64,000 nt of DNA from an uncultured Gemmatimonadales bacterium (GCA_963823035.1 CAWGKG010000024.1:26936-90935); one strand, 5' to 3'; numbered from the stretch's first letter, positions 43,412 to 54,499 are shown. The notes: generated by a model not told the origin, from the letters alone. Numbers and translations are program-made.

Positions 43412-45940
43412 TCAGCCGCCCGAGACGGTCACGTCGTAGACCACCGGGTGTCCGGCGCTGATCACCTTCTCCGAGTCGATCGTGTAGGTGCCGGAGAGCA
43501 CGCCGGTCTCGGCGTCCCACGTCCCCGAGAACTCCGCGAGGATGTTCGAGAAGCCGGCCACCGTGCCCCGTCCGGACGCGGTCACGGTCCCGTCCGCGCC
43601 GAGCGTTCCGGTGACGTCCACCCAGGCGCCGTCCCCGTTGATCTCGATGGACTGGTCGCCCTCCGCCAGCAGCGGTCCGGGTGCGAGCAGCGTGCAGCCA
43701 CCCCCGCTCGGGCCATCGAGGAACAGCGGGTCCAGGCGGGAGCCGCCGTCGTCGTCGTCCACGCCGGGCCCTCCGGAGGCACCGCCCGGTCCGCCGGGCG
43801 AGCCCGCTCCTCCCTCGCCCCCGTTGCCGCCGGGGCCGATCGACGCGCCTCCGTCGGGCGCGCGCACCTCGCGGCCCAGCCCGCCCGCCCCGCCCTGGGC
43901 GCCGAGATCGCCCCCGAGGCCGCCATGGCCACCCGGCCCCGCGACCTCTCCCAGGATGCGGAACACGACATCGAGGTCGATGCCGGTCCCGGCGTTGAAG
44001 ATGAACGGGTCGCTGGAGGCGGGGTCGGCGTTGACGGAGATCTGCCCGGAGAGGGGGGAGTCCGTGAAGGCCGGGCACACGTCGGCGCCTCGACCGCCGT
44101 TCCCACCCTCCGCGATCGCGTCACCGCCCTCGCGGCCGCCGGCCCCCGTGGAATTACCTCCCGGGCCACCGTACGCCGAGGCGAGACCGCCCCCACCCCC
44201 GGCCGGGTGCAGGCGCACGCCGTCGCCCCCCTTTCCGGCGGTCGCGTGCGCGATGCCTCCGCCACCCCCCTGCTTCCCCTCGGCCTCGGGCTGGCCCACG
44301 AAGCCTCCGATAGTCTCGCCAGCCGCGCCACCGCTTCCGGCGAACGCGTCGGCGTTCCCGCCCGCCTGCGCGTCGCGCAGGAGGGTGGCGTCCACGCCGT
44401 CCGCGGCGACCGCGGTGGCGTTCCCGCCGCGCCCGCCACGCCCCACCTGCCAGTGGATCAAGTCGAGGTCGCTTCCGTCCTGGAGCGTGGCCGCCCCCGT
44501 GATCGTCACGCTGCCGCCGCTGCCCCCCTCACCCCCTCGCGCGGTCGCGGCCGGTGCCGGATCCAGGTCCGGGTTCTGCGCCGTCCCGGCGTTGGCGGGA
44601 CCACCCGGGCCGCCGTCCCCGGGAAGGAGCTCCGTGGCCCCGCGCGTCGTGCGGAAGCGGATGGTCCCGCCCTCCGCGATCGCGATCACGATGTTGCCCC
44701 CGTGACCGCCGTACCCACCCTGGACCTCGAGGGGCGTCGCGGCGGCCTCGTTGACGGGGACTCCCGGGGCACCGTGCTGGGCATGGATCGTGGTCCCGTC
44801 CACGATCAGGTCCACGGCCCCGCGGAACGTGATGTCCGCGCCGTTCGGCCGGGGCGCCTCGGGGTCGTCCGGCTGGGGCACTTCGGCGGGGTCGGCGCGC
44901 AGGCTCGCCCCGGTCAGCACGATCGTGCCGACGGCCGGGGCGAGGGACGGGGCCGCATCGGTCCACCCCACGCGCGCGGCCATCGCGGACGCCGGCTCGC
45001 TCGTGACGGTGATCGGCCCCGAAGAGACGATCGTCGCATCCGTCAGGTCCACACCCGACGGCGCGTCGATCTGGATCGCCGGGGCGTCCGCGCCCGCCTG
45101 CGACTGCGTCGCGCAGTGGTTGTCGATCGTCCCCGAGATCGACACGGTCCCCTCGCCGCCGATCGACACCGCGAGGCAGTCGCCCATCACGGCGCCCTCG
45201 ATCGTGACCGCCCCCTTCGCGTCGAGGGTCAGGTCGCTCGAGAGCGTCACGGTCGCGCCGGCCGGGACGGTCAGGTCGTTCACCACGACGGTCCCGCCGA
45301 GCAGGGTGTCGCCGGAGACCGTCAGGTCGGGGCGTACGACCACGAGGGCGGCCGTCCCGCTCACGCCGTCCTGCGATGCGCTGATGGTGGCCGACCCGTC
45401 GGACACGCCGGTCACCACGCCGCTTCCGTCCACCGTGGCGACGGACTCGTCCGAGGAGGCCCACGAGAGGCCCGGTGACGCAAGGGCGGAGCCGCCCGCG
45501 TCGGTGGCGTCGGCGTCGGCCTGCGTGGCGGCCCCGGTCGTGAGCGTGTCCGTGCCCAGCGTCACCGAGATCGTCGCCGCCGCCTGGTCGACCGTGATCG
45601 TCGCGGAGCCCGATGCGGTGCCCCCCGCCACGGTCGCCGTGATCGTGGCCGAGCCGTTCGAGACGGCCTCCACGAGGCCGGTGCCGCTCACGGTGGCGAC
45701 CCCGGCGGCGGACGTCGACCAGGTGAACGAGACGTCCGAGCTGTTCACCGCCCCGCCCGACGCGTCGCTCGCGGATGCGCTCAGCTGCTGCGTCTCCCCG
45801 AGGCTCGTCAGCGTCGGCGTGCCCGGACTGACCGAGACGCTCGTGATGGCCGGGACGTTCGTTCCGTCCGAGCTGCCACAGGCGAGCGTGAAGAGGAGAA
45901 GAACGGGCGCGACGAAGCACACGCGACGTCGTGGCGGCAT
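43412..45940 (-). CDS. Lipoprotein with two Big_2 Ig-like domains and Gly-rich (GGxGGxGG) region, 842 aa
   Basis: ATG after AGGAG; lipobox TLAC; FTWSTSAAGVATVSGTGLVEAVSNGSATITAT and LSWASSDESVATVDGSGVVTGVSDGSATI; repeated GGxGGxGG. Confidence 0.85.
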   Translation of the reverse strand: MPPRRRVCFVAPVLLLFTLACGSSDGTNVPAITSVSVSPGTPTLTSLGETQQLSASASDASGGAVNSSDVSFTWSTSAAGVATVSGTGLVEAVSNGSATITATVAGGTASGSATITVDQAAATISVTLGTDTLTTGAATQADADATDAGGSALASPGLSWASSDESVATVDGSGVVTGVSDGSATISASQDGVSGTAALVVVRPDLTVSGDTLLGGTVVVNDLTVPAGATVTLSSDLTLDAKGAVTIEGAVMGDCLAVSIGGEGTVSISGTIDNHCATQSQAGADAPAIQIDAPSGVDLTDATIVSSGPITVTSEPASAMAARVGWTDAAPSLAPAVGTIVLTGASLRADPAEVPQPDDPEAPRPNGADITFRGAVDLIVDGTTIHAQHGAPGVPVNEAAATPLEVQGGYGGHGGNIVIAIAEGGTIRFRTTRGATELLPGDGGPGGPANAGTAQNPDLDPAPAATARGGEGGSGGSVTITGAATLQDGSDLDLIHWQVGRGGRGGNATAVAADGVDATLLRDAQAGGNADAFAGSGGAAGETIGGFVGQPEAEGKQGGGGGIAHATAGKGGDGVRLHPAGGGGGLASAYGGPGGNSTGAGGREGGDAIAEGGNGGRGADVCPAFTDSPLSGQISVNADPASSDPFIFNAGTGIDLDVVFRILGEVAGPGGHGGLGGDLGAQGGAGGLGREVRAPDGGASIGPGGNGGEGGAGSPGGPGGASGGPGVDDDDGGSRLDPLFLDGPSGGGCTLLAPGPLLAEGDQSIEINGDGAWVDVTGTLGADGTVTASGRGTVAGFSNILAEFSGTWDAETGVLSGTYTIDSEKVISAGHPVVYDVTVSGG

Positions 45941-46232
45941 GGGGGGCTCCTGGGTCGGGTCGGTCAGGGCAGCATGAAGGGTCCGGCCGCACGGGCATGG
46001 CGCCCGCACGCTGGGAGCAGTGGAGCCGCGCTTCGTGGCGTCCGCATCGCCCACACTTCTCCCTTCAGGCGTTCAGCGCAATGAATTTCTTCGAGGCCAC
46101 GCGCGCCGGGTTCGTCCGATCCTCGTGCGTGCGCTCGCGCAGCGTGGACGCCGCCCTTGTCATACGGCCCGGCCGCTCGGGTCACTCACCACGGACCTGA
46201 AGACCTCGCACCAGGACAAGGGAGGACCGAAC

Positions 46233-47330
46233 ATGTTCACACGTCGACGCAGTCGGCTCGCGACGATCTTGGCGGCCGCCGGCTTCGCCGCGGCCTGTGA
46301 CGCCGGCACGGGACCCGAGGTCGAGACGGGCCTCGACACCGATGCCGCCCTGGCCGACTACCAGGCGCTGCAGACCGCCCTCGGATCCACGGAGTTCCTG
46401 GGCTTCCGGGCGCTCGGCGGCCGCACGCCCTTCGGCGGATCCCCGGCGGCCATCGACGCCGTGGCCGGCATGTCGGCCCCCCATGGCGCCCAGGCGAGCC
46501 GAGCGTTCGCGCTCGACCTCTTCCGGCGGATCCAGGGCGGGCAGTCGCTCACGCAGCCTGCGGCCGCGCCGATCATCTCCGGCGTCCACCGCGGGGCCAC
46601 CTTCGTGTACGACCCCCAGCTCGATCGCTACGTGGTCGACCCCGACCGCACGGGAGCGCCGGCGACCGGCGTGCGCTTCATCGTCTACGAGGTCGACCAG
46701 GCCGGTGACCCCATCGTCGGGCAGGAGCGCGGCTACGCGGACCTGATCGACGAGGGCGACACGAGCAACCAGGACATCGCGCTCCGGCTGAGGGTCGTCG
46801 AGGGCTCGACCACCGTGCTCGACTACGCGACCACGCTCGACGATCAGGGCACGCGCGGCGAGCTGACCGTGAGCGGCTACCTGCGGGGCGACGACGTCCG
46901 CCTGGACTTCGACATCCACGCGATCGGCACGAACGACGGCGGCACGGAGACGCTCGACGTGGACTTCGACCTGGCCGTGGACGCACGTGACTTCAGCGTC
47001 TCCGGCTCCGTGAGCGGCGTCGAGGAGGGGAAGGACGGCGCGGGCCACATCGACGTGACCGTGCAGCACCGTGCCGCCTCGATCCGCGCCGACGTGAGCG
47101 GCGACTCGGGCGTGCTCGACGGCACCATCTACCTCAACGGCGACGTCTTCGCGACGGTGAGCGGCCCCGAGGGCGACCTGGTCTTCCAGGGCGCGGACGG
47201 CCACACGCTCACCTGGCCCGAGATGCTCGTGCTGCGGCACATCTTCGACTGCATCGAGGACGTGTTCGACTTCCTCGAGGACCTGGTCGACCCCGTCGAC
47301 GAGCTCGTCGTGCTGGGCGCGATCCTCTGA
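46233..47330 (+). CDS. Hypothetical lipoprotein (beta-rich)
   Basis: GGAGG RBS; MFTRRRSRLATILAAAGFAAAC lipobox; intact ORF. Confidence 0.8.
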   Translation: MFTRRRSRLATILAAAGFAAACDAGTGPEVETGLDTDAALADYQALQTALGSTEFLGFRALGGRTPFGGSPAAIDAVAGMSAPHGAQASRAFALDLFRRIQGGQSLTQPAAAPIISGVHRGATFVYDPQLDRYVVDPDRTGAPATGVRFIVYEVDQAGDPIVGQERGYADLIDEGDTSNQDIALRLRVVEGSTTVLDYATTLDDQGTRGELTVSGYLRGDDVRLDFDIHAIGTNDGGTETLDVDFDLAVDARDFSVSGSVSGVEEGKDGAGHIDVTVQHRAASIRADVSGDSGVLDGTIYLNGDVFATVSGPEGDLVFQGADGHTLTWPEMLVLRHIFDCIEDVFDFLEDLVDPVDELVVLGAIL

Positions 47331-47389
47331 CGGTCGACCGCCCATCGGATGGAAACCCCCCGGCACGACGCCGGACGTGTAAGATTGGG

Positions 47390-47420
47390 AGGGGGCCCGG
47401 CACGCGGTGCCGGGCCCCCT
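47390..47420. terminator. GC hairpin downstream of the lipoprotein gene
   Basis: AGGGGGCCCGGCAC-GCG-GTGCCGGGCCCCCT, perfect 14-bp stem; no U-tract. Confidence 0.4.
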
Positions 47421-47471
47421 CGACCGCCGGCGAGTCCGCCGGCCTTCGCGCACCTGGACAACGAGGATCCC

Positions 47472-48083
47472 ATGCGACGCTTGTTCCTGAACGCACTCGT
47501 GCCCGCTACCGTGCTGGCCGTCGGCGCGACACCGTCCTGGGCGCAGGAGTCCACGACGCGCGGCTTCGTCGTGGGGCTGCACGCGTCGGGTGCTTCGCTC
47601 ACGGTCGAATCGCAGGATCGCAACAACGCCGGCGGTGCGGGCCTCTTCGTCGGCTACGGCGTGAACCGACGCTTCACGATCTTCGCGCAGGCGGACGGAG
47701 CCGAGTTCGACAACCAGAGCACCGGTGACATCCAGGGGAAATGGGCGATGGGGCACTTCGACCTCGGCGTCCGCTTCAACTTCGCGAACTCCCTGCGGAG
47801 CTTCGTCCCCTTCCTGCAGGGCTCCGTCGGTGCGCGCGCGGTGGGCGTGCAGAACGCGACGGTCAACGGATCGCCCGCGACCGACGTGAGCTTCACGGGC
47901 TCGAGCCTCACGCTGGGCGGCGGCATGGACTTCTATTTCAGCGAGACGTTCGCGCTGGACCTGGCGCTGCTGTGGTCGGGTGGGAAGTTCACCACGTTCC
48001 ACGTCAACAACGCCTCGGTCAGCGGCTTCGACGTCGACGCGACCTCGGGACGGTTCAACCTGGGCGTCGTGTGGTGGCCGTGA
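47472..48083 (+). CDS. Small outer-membrane beta-barrel protein (OmpA/OmpW-like transmembrane fold)
   Basis: Signal peptide (SWAQ); amphipathic strands; C-terminal RFNLGVVWWP. Confidence 0.75.
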   Translation: MRRLFLNALVPATVLAVGATPSWAQESTTRGFVVGLHASGASLTVESQDRNNAGGAGLFVGYGVNRRFTIFAQADGAEFDNQSTGDIQGKWAMGHFDLGVRFNFANSLRSFVPFLQGSVGARAVGVQNATVNGSPATDVSFTGSSLTLGGGMDFYFSETFALDLALLWSGGKFTTFHVNNASVSGFDVDATSGRFNLGVVWWP

Positions 48084-48128
48084 GCCGGAGCGCGCGCCAG
48101 CACGCCTCCACTGCGGGGACGCCGGTCC

Positions 48129-48605
48129 TCAGCCCCCCGGCTGCCCGCCCGCCTCACCGCGCAGCCGGTCCAGCGTGGCCTGCTGCTGGGGGGTCAGGAG
48201 GTTCTTGATGCGCACCAGCATCTCGAGGTGCGCCCTCTTGATCTTCCCTTCCGTATCCAGCACGTGGCCGAGCTGATCGAGCGACCGGTCGAGGTCGACG
48301 CGGGTCCCCGCAGTGGCCGTCTTGAGCTGCTGGACCTCGTCGAGCAGCTCCCACTGGAGCGACACGACCCTTCCCTGCAGCTCTCCGATCAACTTGCTGA
48401 TCGCGTCCCGCTGCTGGTCGGTGAGCCCGATCGCGCGGCGGTGCTGCATGATCAGCTCCGGAGCGTAGAGCGTCTCGAAGAGCGGATCGTCGGCGACGGG
48501 CTTCTGCTGCTGTTGCTCCGCCTGCGCCTGGGCGGCCGCCGGTGAAGCCGGCACGGCCACTGCGAGGCCGAAGAGGACCGGAAGCACCCACTTCGCGCGG
48601 GTCAC
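48129..48605 (-). CDS. Spy/CpxP-like periplasmic helical protein
   Basis: Signal peptide; LTDQQ and LLTPQQQ (LTxxQ) motifs. Confidence 0.75.
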   Translation of the reverse strand: MTRAKWVLPVLFGLAVAVPASPAAAQAQAEQQQQKPVADDPLFETLYAPELIMQHRRAIGLTDQQRDAISKLIGELQGRVVSLQWELLDEVQQLKTATAGTRVDLDRSLDQLGHVLDTEGKIKRAHLEMLVRIKNLLTPQQQATLDRLRGEAGGQPGG

Positions 48606-49078
48606 GAGTCCCTCCCTTCGGGGTCCGGCCGTCTGGAAAGTTCGTTGGGGTCGAAGTCCCTCAGCGGGTCGCCCACCGAGGGCATGGAGCGCGTGAAGCT
48701 CATTCCCGGCACGTCCAGGAGCGCCGAGGTGGGCGACGTCCAGGCGCCGCGCGCGGCGTCGTTCGCGTAGGTGGCCACCATGCGCTCGAACGTATCCTCC
48801 GAGCTGCCACGTCCGCTGTCCACGAGCAGCACGCCCGCGATCGCGGCAGCCATGGCGGCGGTCGCCCACCCTCCGATCACCAGGGCGCGCCGCGGGCGCA
48901 CGACGGGGCCCTCGGCTCCTTTCCCACCCGCGACCACCGACATCGGTGGCCGCGCGGCTTCGGCCCTGGCCCTCGCCATCACCGCGCCGTAGTCCGGGAC
49001 GCGCCCCTGCCCCTCCGTCTCCGACCGGAGGCGCTGGAACTCGTCGCGCAGCGCGTCGTGTTCGCGTTCTTCGCTCAC
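48602..49078 (-). CDS. Single-TM putative anti-sigma factor
   Basis: Overlaps the sigma stop; one hydrophobic helix; WTSPTSALL motif. Confidence 0.6.
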   Translation of the reverse strand: MSEEREHDALRDEFQRLRSETEGQGRVPDYGAVMARARAEAARPPMSVVAGGKGAEGPVVRPRRALVIGGWATAAMAAAIAGVLLVDSGRGSSEDTFERMVATYANDAARGAWTSPTSALLDVPGMSFTRSMPSVGDPLRDFDPNELSRRPDPEGRDS

Positions 49079-49620
49079 GGGGCTCCTCCGCCCATCTCCT
49101 CTGCGGAAAGAAGGGCTCTCAGCTTCTTCTTTCCTCGATCATAATGTACGCGGGCCGTACCGAGGGACACCTCCATCACCTCCGCGGCCTCGCGGACGCT
49201 GAGGTCCTGGTAGAACACCAGGTGCAGCACCTCACGCTGCTTGGCGGGCAGCGTCTTCATGGCGTCGATCAGCGACGCGCTCCTTTCCGACCGCTCCACC
49301 GGATCGTCCGGCATCACGACCCGATCGTCCGTCGCGGCCAGCCGCGCCCCCAGCCGTTCGGCCCGTTCGACGTGCGAGCGTGCCCTGCGTAGGTGCTCGA
49401 AGGCCGTGAGTCGAATCACGCCGAACAGCCACGTCCTGAACGTCGCCCGGCCGTCGAACCCGGCCTGTCCCGAGATCACCTTCACATACGTCGTCTGCAA
49501 AACGTCCTCGGCGTCCGCCTCGTACCATCCACAGCAGCTCAGGGCCCAGCCGAAGCTGGCCTCGTGCAACCGCTCGAGCTGGGCTTCCAGCTCCTGGGGC
49601 GTCATCTCGGACGGGCTCAT
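49075..49620 (-). CDS. ECF RNA polymerase sigma factor
   Basis: DAEDVLQTTY, FDGRATFRTWLFGV (region 2); LPAKQREVLHLVFYQDLSVREAAEVMEVSLGTAR (region 4). Confidence 0.92.
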   Translation of the reverse strand: MSPSEMTPQELEAQLERLHEASFGWALSCCGWYEADAEDVLQTTYVKVISGQAGFDGRATFRTWLFGVIRLTAFEHLRRARSHVERAERLGARLAATDDRVVMPDDPVERSERSASLIDAMKTLPAKQREVLHLVFYQDLSVREAAEVMEVSLGTARVHYDRGKKKLRALLSAEEMGGGAP

Positions 49621-49772
49621 CCCGGAAGCTGCGCCATCCCTGCTCGAGAATGAGTGACGGGGCGGGCGCAACAATATGACAGGGGCGGCCCCCGGCGCAC
49701 GTGGGCGGGCGCGGCACGGCGACGAAGTGCGCCGATTGATTCCGCGCGCCCAGGGCGGTAGGAGTATAGGCC

Positions 49773-51627
49773 ATGACAACCTACCGGACGCTCCTCCTCG
49801 CGCCGCTGCTGGCGGTGCCGTCCCTGTCGGCGCTGCCCTCGGCCCTGGCCGCCCAGCGCACGCTCGTCATCGAGCGATTCGAAGCTCGATGTCCGTGTGG
49901 AGCCCAACGGGGACGTCCAGGTCACCGAGACGCTCACGCCCCGCTTCACGGGGTCCTGGAACGGCATCTACAGGAACCTCTCGCTGGAGCACCAGACGGC
50001 CGAGGGCCGCAGGGAGCGCCTGGACGTGGATGTCCTCGGTGCGACGGACGCGCAGGGTGAGCCGCTACGCGTCGAGGTCGACAACCAGGGAAGGTGGGCC
50101 CGCCGCTTCGAGATCTGGATTCCCGGCGCCGAGGACGCGACCCGCACCGCGGTCTTCCGCTACGTCGTGCACAACGCGATCCGGTTCTTCGAGGAGGGAA
50201 GCGACGTCGGCGCCCTCGACGAGCTCTATTGGAACGCTACCGGCAACGCGTGGGAGGTGCCGATCGAGGCCGCGACCGTCCGCGTCGAGCTCCCGGAGGG
50301 GGTGACGCCCACCCAATCGGCCGGGTACACCGGCGTGTCCGGCTCCACCGAGCGGGCGGTCGCCATCCGGACCGACGCGAACGTCGTGACGTTCCGGGCC
50401 ACGCGCTCCCTCGCTCCCGGCGAGGGCCTCACGGTGGCGGTGGGCTGGCCGCCGGGCACCGTGGCCCGGCCTGCACCCGCCTCCCGCTTCGCGCGCGACA
50501 CCGGGCGGCTGGCACCGCTCGTCGTGCCCTTCCTCGCCTTCTTCCTCGCCTTCCGGCAGTGGCGTCGAAAGGGTCGCGACCCCAAGGGCCGCGCGATCAC
50601 CGTGCAGTACGAGCCGCCAAAGCTGCTCACCCCGGCCGAGGTGGGTACCCTCGTGGACCACAAGGCGGAGATGCACGACATCACCTCCACGCTCGTGGAC
50701 CTCGCGGTGCGCGGGTACGTCCACATCCAGCAGGTCGAGAAGAAGAAGCTGGGCATCTTCTCCAGCACCGAGTACGTCTTCCACCTCAAGAAGCCCGAGG
50801 ACGCCTGGACCGGGCTCGAAACCCACGAGCAGCTCTATCTGGGGGCGCTCTTCGGGCACGCCGAGCCCCAGGGATCGAAGGAGTCGAAGGGCCTCCTGCA
50901 CTCCTTCTTCGGTGGGTCCGACACCGAGGCGCCGGACGACGTCGGGGACGGCGGCGGCGACGGTCCCACGTTCGGCACCGTAGAGCTCTCGGACCTCAAG
51001 AACAAGTTCTACAAGGACCTCAGCAAGATCCGCAAAGCCCTCTACGAGCAGCTCGTCGCGAAGGGCCACTACGACCGTGACCCCGAATCCGTGAAGGGCG
51101 CGTGGATGGCGGGCGGGATCGTGCTCATGGTCGGGGGCGTGGCCGGAGCCATCTGGGCCAACGACTCGGGGGCCCTGCCCTTCATCGAGCCCGTGGCGCT
51201 GGGGGCCGCCTTCGTGCTGAGCGGGATCGTCGTCCTCGCCTTCGCGCAGCTCATGCCGGCACGCACCGAGAAGGGCGCCCGGTCCAGGGAGTGGGCGCTC
51301 GGGTTCAAGGAGTTCCTGGAGCGCGTCGAGGAGCCCCGCTACAAGCGAATGATCACGTCGCCGGAGATGTTCGAGCGGTTCCTGGCCTACGCCATGGCGT
51401 TCAAGGTGGAGAGCAAGTGGTCCCGGGCCTTCGAGGAGATGTACGCCGAGCCCCCCCGCTGGTACTCGGGCCCGCACGGCGGCGCGTTCCACGCCTCGTC
51501 CTTCACGCACGACCTCAGCGCCATGTCCACGGCGGCCAGCAGCACCATGTCCTCCAGCCCCTCCGGATCCGGCGGCGGCGGCAGCAGCGGTGGGGGGAGC
51601 GGAGGGGGTGGGGGCGGAGGCTTCTGA
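49773..51627 (+). CDS. DUF2207 family membrane protein (frameshift near 49885)
   Basis: Signal peptide; ELYWNATGNAWEVPI; VQYEPP..LTPAEVGTL; TLVDLAVRGY; FERFLAYAMAF; C-terminal GGGSGGGGGGGF. Confidence 0.9.
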
Positions 51628-51978
51628 GGCCGACCTCCACCTCCGCCCTCCTCGCCGGGCGTCGCACCTAAGACGCCGCTGCCCCCTGATCGACCGTCGA
51701 GGCGAGCTTCCGGCGGTACATCTCCAGCACCCCGAGCCATCCCCCGTCGTAGTCCGCGCGCGCGATGCCCAGGTCCCGATCGTCGTATCCATCCGTCCCC
51801 CCGTGCGCGCGGACCCTCTGCCCTCCCACCGATAGCCATGTACCCGGACGAGCGCCCGTCCGAGGGGGTGGTCCAGGAGGAGACCCCCCAGCGAATATCT
51901 GAGGCGGAGCCCCCGCGCTGGCGGGCGCTCCGAGCGGTCGAAAAGCGCGCACTCATACCGGAAGGCGGGTACTACGGA

Positions 51979-52916
51979 ATGGTCGGCGCAGATGAGTATC
52001 GGGCAGTCTTCGACAGTCTGCCCGACGGGATCCTCATCGTGGACGACGAGGGTCTCATCCGGGATCTGAACGCTCGGATCGAGCGGTTGTTCGGGTAGCC
52101 CGTGAGAAGCTGCTGGGCGAGCCGGTCGACTGTCTCCTTCCTCCGGTGCTCCGCGCCGACCATCGCGAACATCGGAGTCGCTACCTCCGGAACCCGCACA
52201 TGCGTCCGATGGGCGCCGGCCTCGATCTGCTGGGACGCCGCCAGGACGGCGAGTTCGAGGTCGAGATCAGCCTCAGTCCGTGGAGCGGTGTTAAGGGGCC
52301 GCGCGTAATCTGCTCCGTCCGCGACATCACGGCCGTCAAGCGCCTGTGCGACTTCTCGGGGGGGGCGATCCGCTCCGCCGAGGACGAGCGGCAGCGTATC
52401 GCGCGCGAACTGCACGACGACACCGCGCAGAGGCTGGCCACCTTGATGGTGCACCTGCGGCTGCTCGGGCTGCGGATGGGCGAGGCCGCGCCGAGCGACG
52501 CATTCGAGGAGATGCGTGATGAGATCCGTGACATCGTGGAGGGCGTGAAGCGCCTTGCCCGCGGGCTCCGCCCGCCCGAGCTCGAGGAGGTCGGGCTCTC
52601 GGCGGCCATTCAGGCGCACGCGCGCCGACTGCGAGAGAGCTCGGGCTTCGAGGTCGCCACGGCACTGGCTGACGTCGACGACCGGCTCATGCTCGCGCTC
52701 GACGACGACATGGTCACGCTCGTGGTCGAGGACCGTGGCCGCGGGTTCTCCCTCGACCCGCCACGGTCCGGGGGGACCGGACTCGGCCTCATCGGGATGC
52801 ACGAGCGTGCCTTCATGGTGGGGGGCGATGTCGACATCGACAGCCGGCCCGGCGAGGGCACCCGGGTGGTGGTGCGCTTGCCGACCGTGATCCCGCCCCA
52901 AGCGGTGCAGCACTGA
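51979..52916 (+). pseudogene. Decayed PAS + HisKA_3 (NarX/UhpB-type) sensor kinase
   Basis: PAS start FDSLPDGILIVD..LFG followed by in-frame TAG (52096) and a frameshift; ERQRIARELHD; DRGRGF and GLGLIGMHER present, but the N-box helix (RIxQEALxNxxxH) is missing. Confidence 0.7.
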
Positions 52917-52937
52917 GGGGGCGAGGGCGCCCGGGCT

Positions 52938-54335
52938 CTACTTCCGCCGCGTCAGGCCCCCCTCGACCGACAGCACGCTACCCTTGGCCGCAGCCGCCCA
53001 CGCCGGAAGGATCACCGGGTCCGGGCTACCGACGATGACCGCATGGGTCTCCGCGCCGCTGTGGAAGGTGAGGATCCAGCAGCGGTACGAACGCGCCTTC
53101 TCGAGGTCGGCGAGCGTGTGACCGGAGAGCGGCTGGAACGTCATCTGGGCGAATCCCGAACGGTCCTGCCCGTTCAGCTCAACCGTGGAGCGCCCCCAGC
53201 CGACGTTGCCCGCCGTGCTCGCCCCGGTCGACGCGCTGCACTGGATCACGGCCGCGTCGACGCCCCCGTGGACGTCGGTGAAGCGGTAGGGCACGCGGAC
53301 GCCGAAGATGCCCGCGGGCAATGCGCCCGGCAGGTTGGCCACGGCGGCACCGCGGGATGGCGGCTCCGCCACGGGTGAGGTCGGCGGGACCGTGCGTTCC
53401 GCGGCTCCCGACGACGGCGTGCCGGCCCCCTGCGGAGCGGGGCGCGCCGCCTGCTCGTTCACGGTCGCCAGCCGGCCGTCCACCATCCGGATGTAGTTCT
53501 CCATCTCCGGCACGGAGGTGAGGTGAACAGGCCTGGCGATGCCGGGGAAATCCGGCACGTAGTCCGGGGGGCGATCGCCTCCCGGAGCCCGGCTCTTGAG
53601 CCGCGCGAGGTAGTCCCGGGCGCGTTGGCCCTCCTCCTGCAGCTGGCGACGAACGTCGGCGTTGGGCGTCCCGGCGTCCGTACGCTGCGCGACCGCGCCT
53701 CCCTCGGTGGGCGGCGTGTGGGGCTTCACCCCGATGAACCGCAGCTCGGGCGTGAGGGTCATCCCTGGCACCGGCGCCGGCGGACGCGCCGGCGAGGCTG
53801 GTGCGGGCTCCGGGGGCGTCGGCCTGAAGACGACCGGCTGCTGGGCCACGTTGTCGGACGCATCCTCCCCCAGCTTCTTGCCGAGATCGACCACGCAACC
53901 CGCCGCATGTGAATGCGGCCACACCATCTCGGGCGTGAACTTCTGGGGCAGGTTGACCTGCCCGGCGACGACGTACTCGAGGGTCGTGAGGTGCTTCGAG
54001 TCCGCGCTGGACGAAGAGCTGAAGGTGGTCCCATCGAGCTGGAAGCCGACGTCGATCGGCATGCCCGCGTCCGTTGGGGTACAGGTCGTGCGATAGCGGC
54101 ACAGCATCATGATCGACGCGTCGCCCGGGTAGAAGTCCGTGCTCTTCGTCCACTTGCCGTCCGTCATCCGCTGGGTCTCGACCCCCAGCGCCTGCACGGT
54201 GCAGGCCCGGCTGGGGTCGCCGACCGGAGCGCTCGCGGCGCGCCGGGGAGCGGCGCCGGCGAGGAGGGGCGCCGCCGCGGCAAGCGCCAGAGGCAGTAGC
54301 GAACGTTCGAAACCGCGCCGAGGTCGCGCCTTCAT
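52938..54335 (-). CDS. Secreted hypothetical protein (Cys-containing, possibly Ig/CARDB-like N-domain, Pro-rich linkers)
   Basis: MKARPRRGFERSLLPLALAAAAPLLAG signal; 3' part of ORF 52938..54980. Confidence 0.6.
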   Translation of the reverse strand: MKARPRRGFERSLLPLALAAAAPLLAGAAPRRAASAPVGDPSRACTVQALGVETQRMTDGKWTKSTDFYPGDASIMMLCRYRTTCTPTDAGMPIDVGFQLDGTTFSSSSSADSKHLTTLEYVVAGQVNLPQKFTPEMVWPHSHAAGCVVDLGKKLGEDASDNVAQQPVVFRPTPPEPAPASPARPPAPVPGMTLTPELRFIGVKPHTPPTEGGAVAQRTDAGTPNADVRRQLQEEGQRARDYLARLKSRAPGGDRPPDYVPDFPGIARPVHLTSVPEMENYIRMVDGRLATVNEQAARPAPQGAGTPSSGAAERTVPPTSPVAEPPSRGAAVANLPGALPAGIFGVRVPYRFTDVHGGVDAAVIQCSASTGASTAGNVGWGRSTVELNGQDRSGFAQMTFQPLSGHTLADLEKARSYRCWILTFHSGAETHAVIVGSPDPVILPAWAAAAKGSVLSVEGGLTRRK

Positions 54336-54499
54336 CGCATGGGCCCTCTGCGCGGGTTGTCCGACGACGGCGGGAGCGGGTCCCGCCGTCCGGTGATGGC
54401 CGCCGCGCACCCGGCCTCCCCAGCCTCCAGGACGCAGAAGGGGGCACCGGGGGGCCACGGCGCCGGCCTCGAGCGCGGCATGGACCTCGAGGCCGCGCG

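Noticed and set aside
48129..49620. ECF sigma/anti-sigma/Spy-like trio as a novel system
   Set aside because: A common envelope-stress arrangement; kept as features only.
51628..51978. Possible tRNA or ncRNA in intergenic gaps (also 45941-46232, 60652-60856)
   Set aside because: No cloverleaf or recognisable riboswitch pattern by eye; a covariance-model search would be needed.
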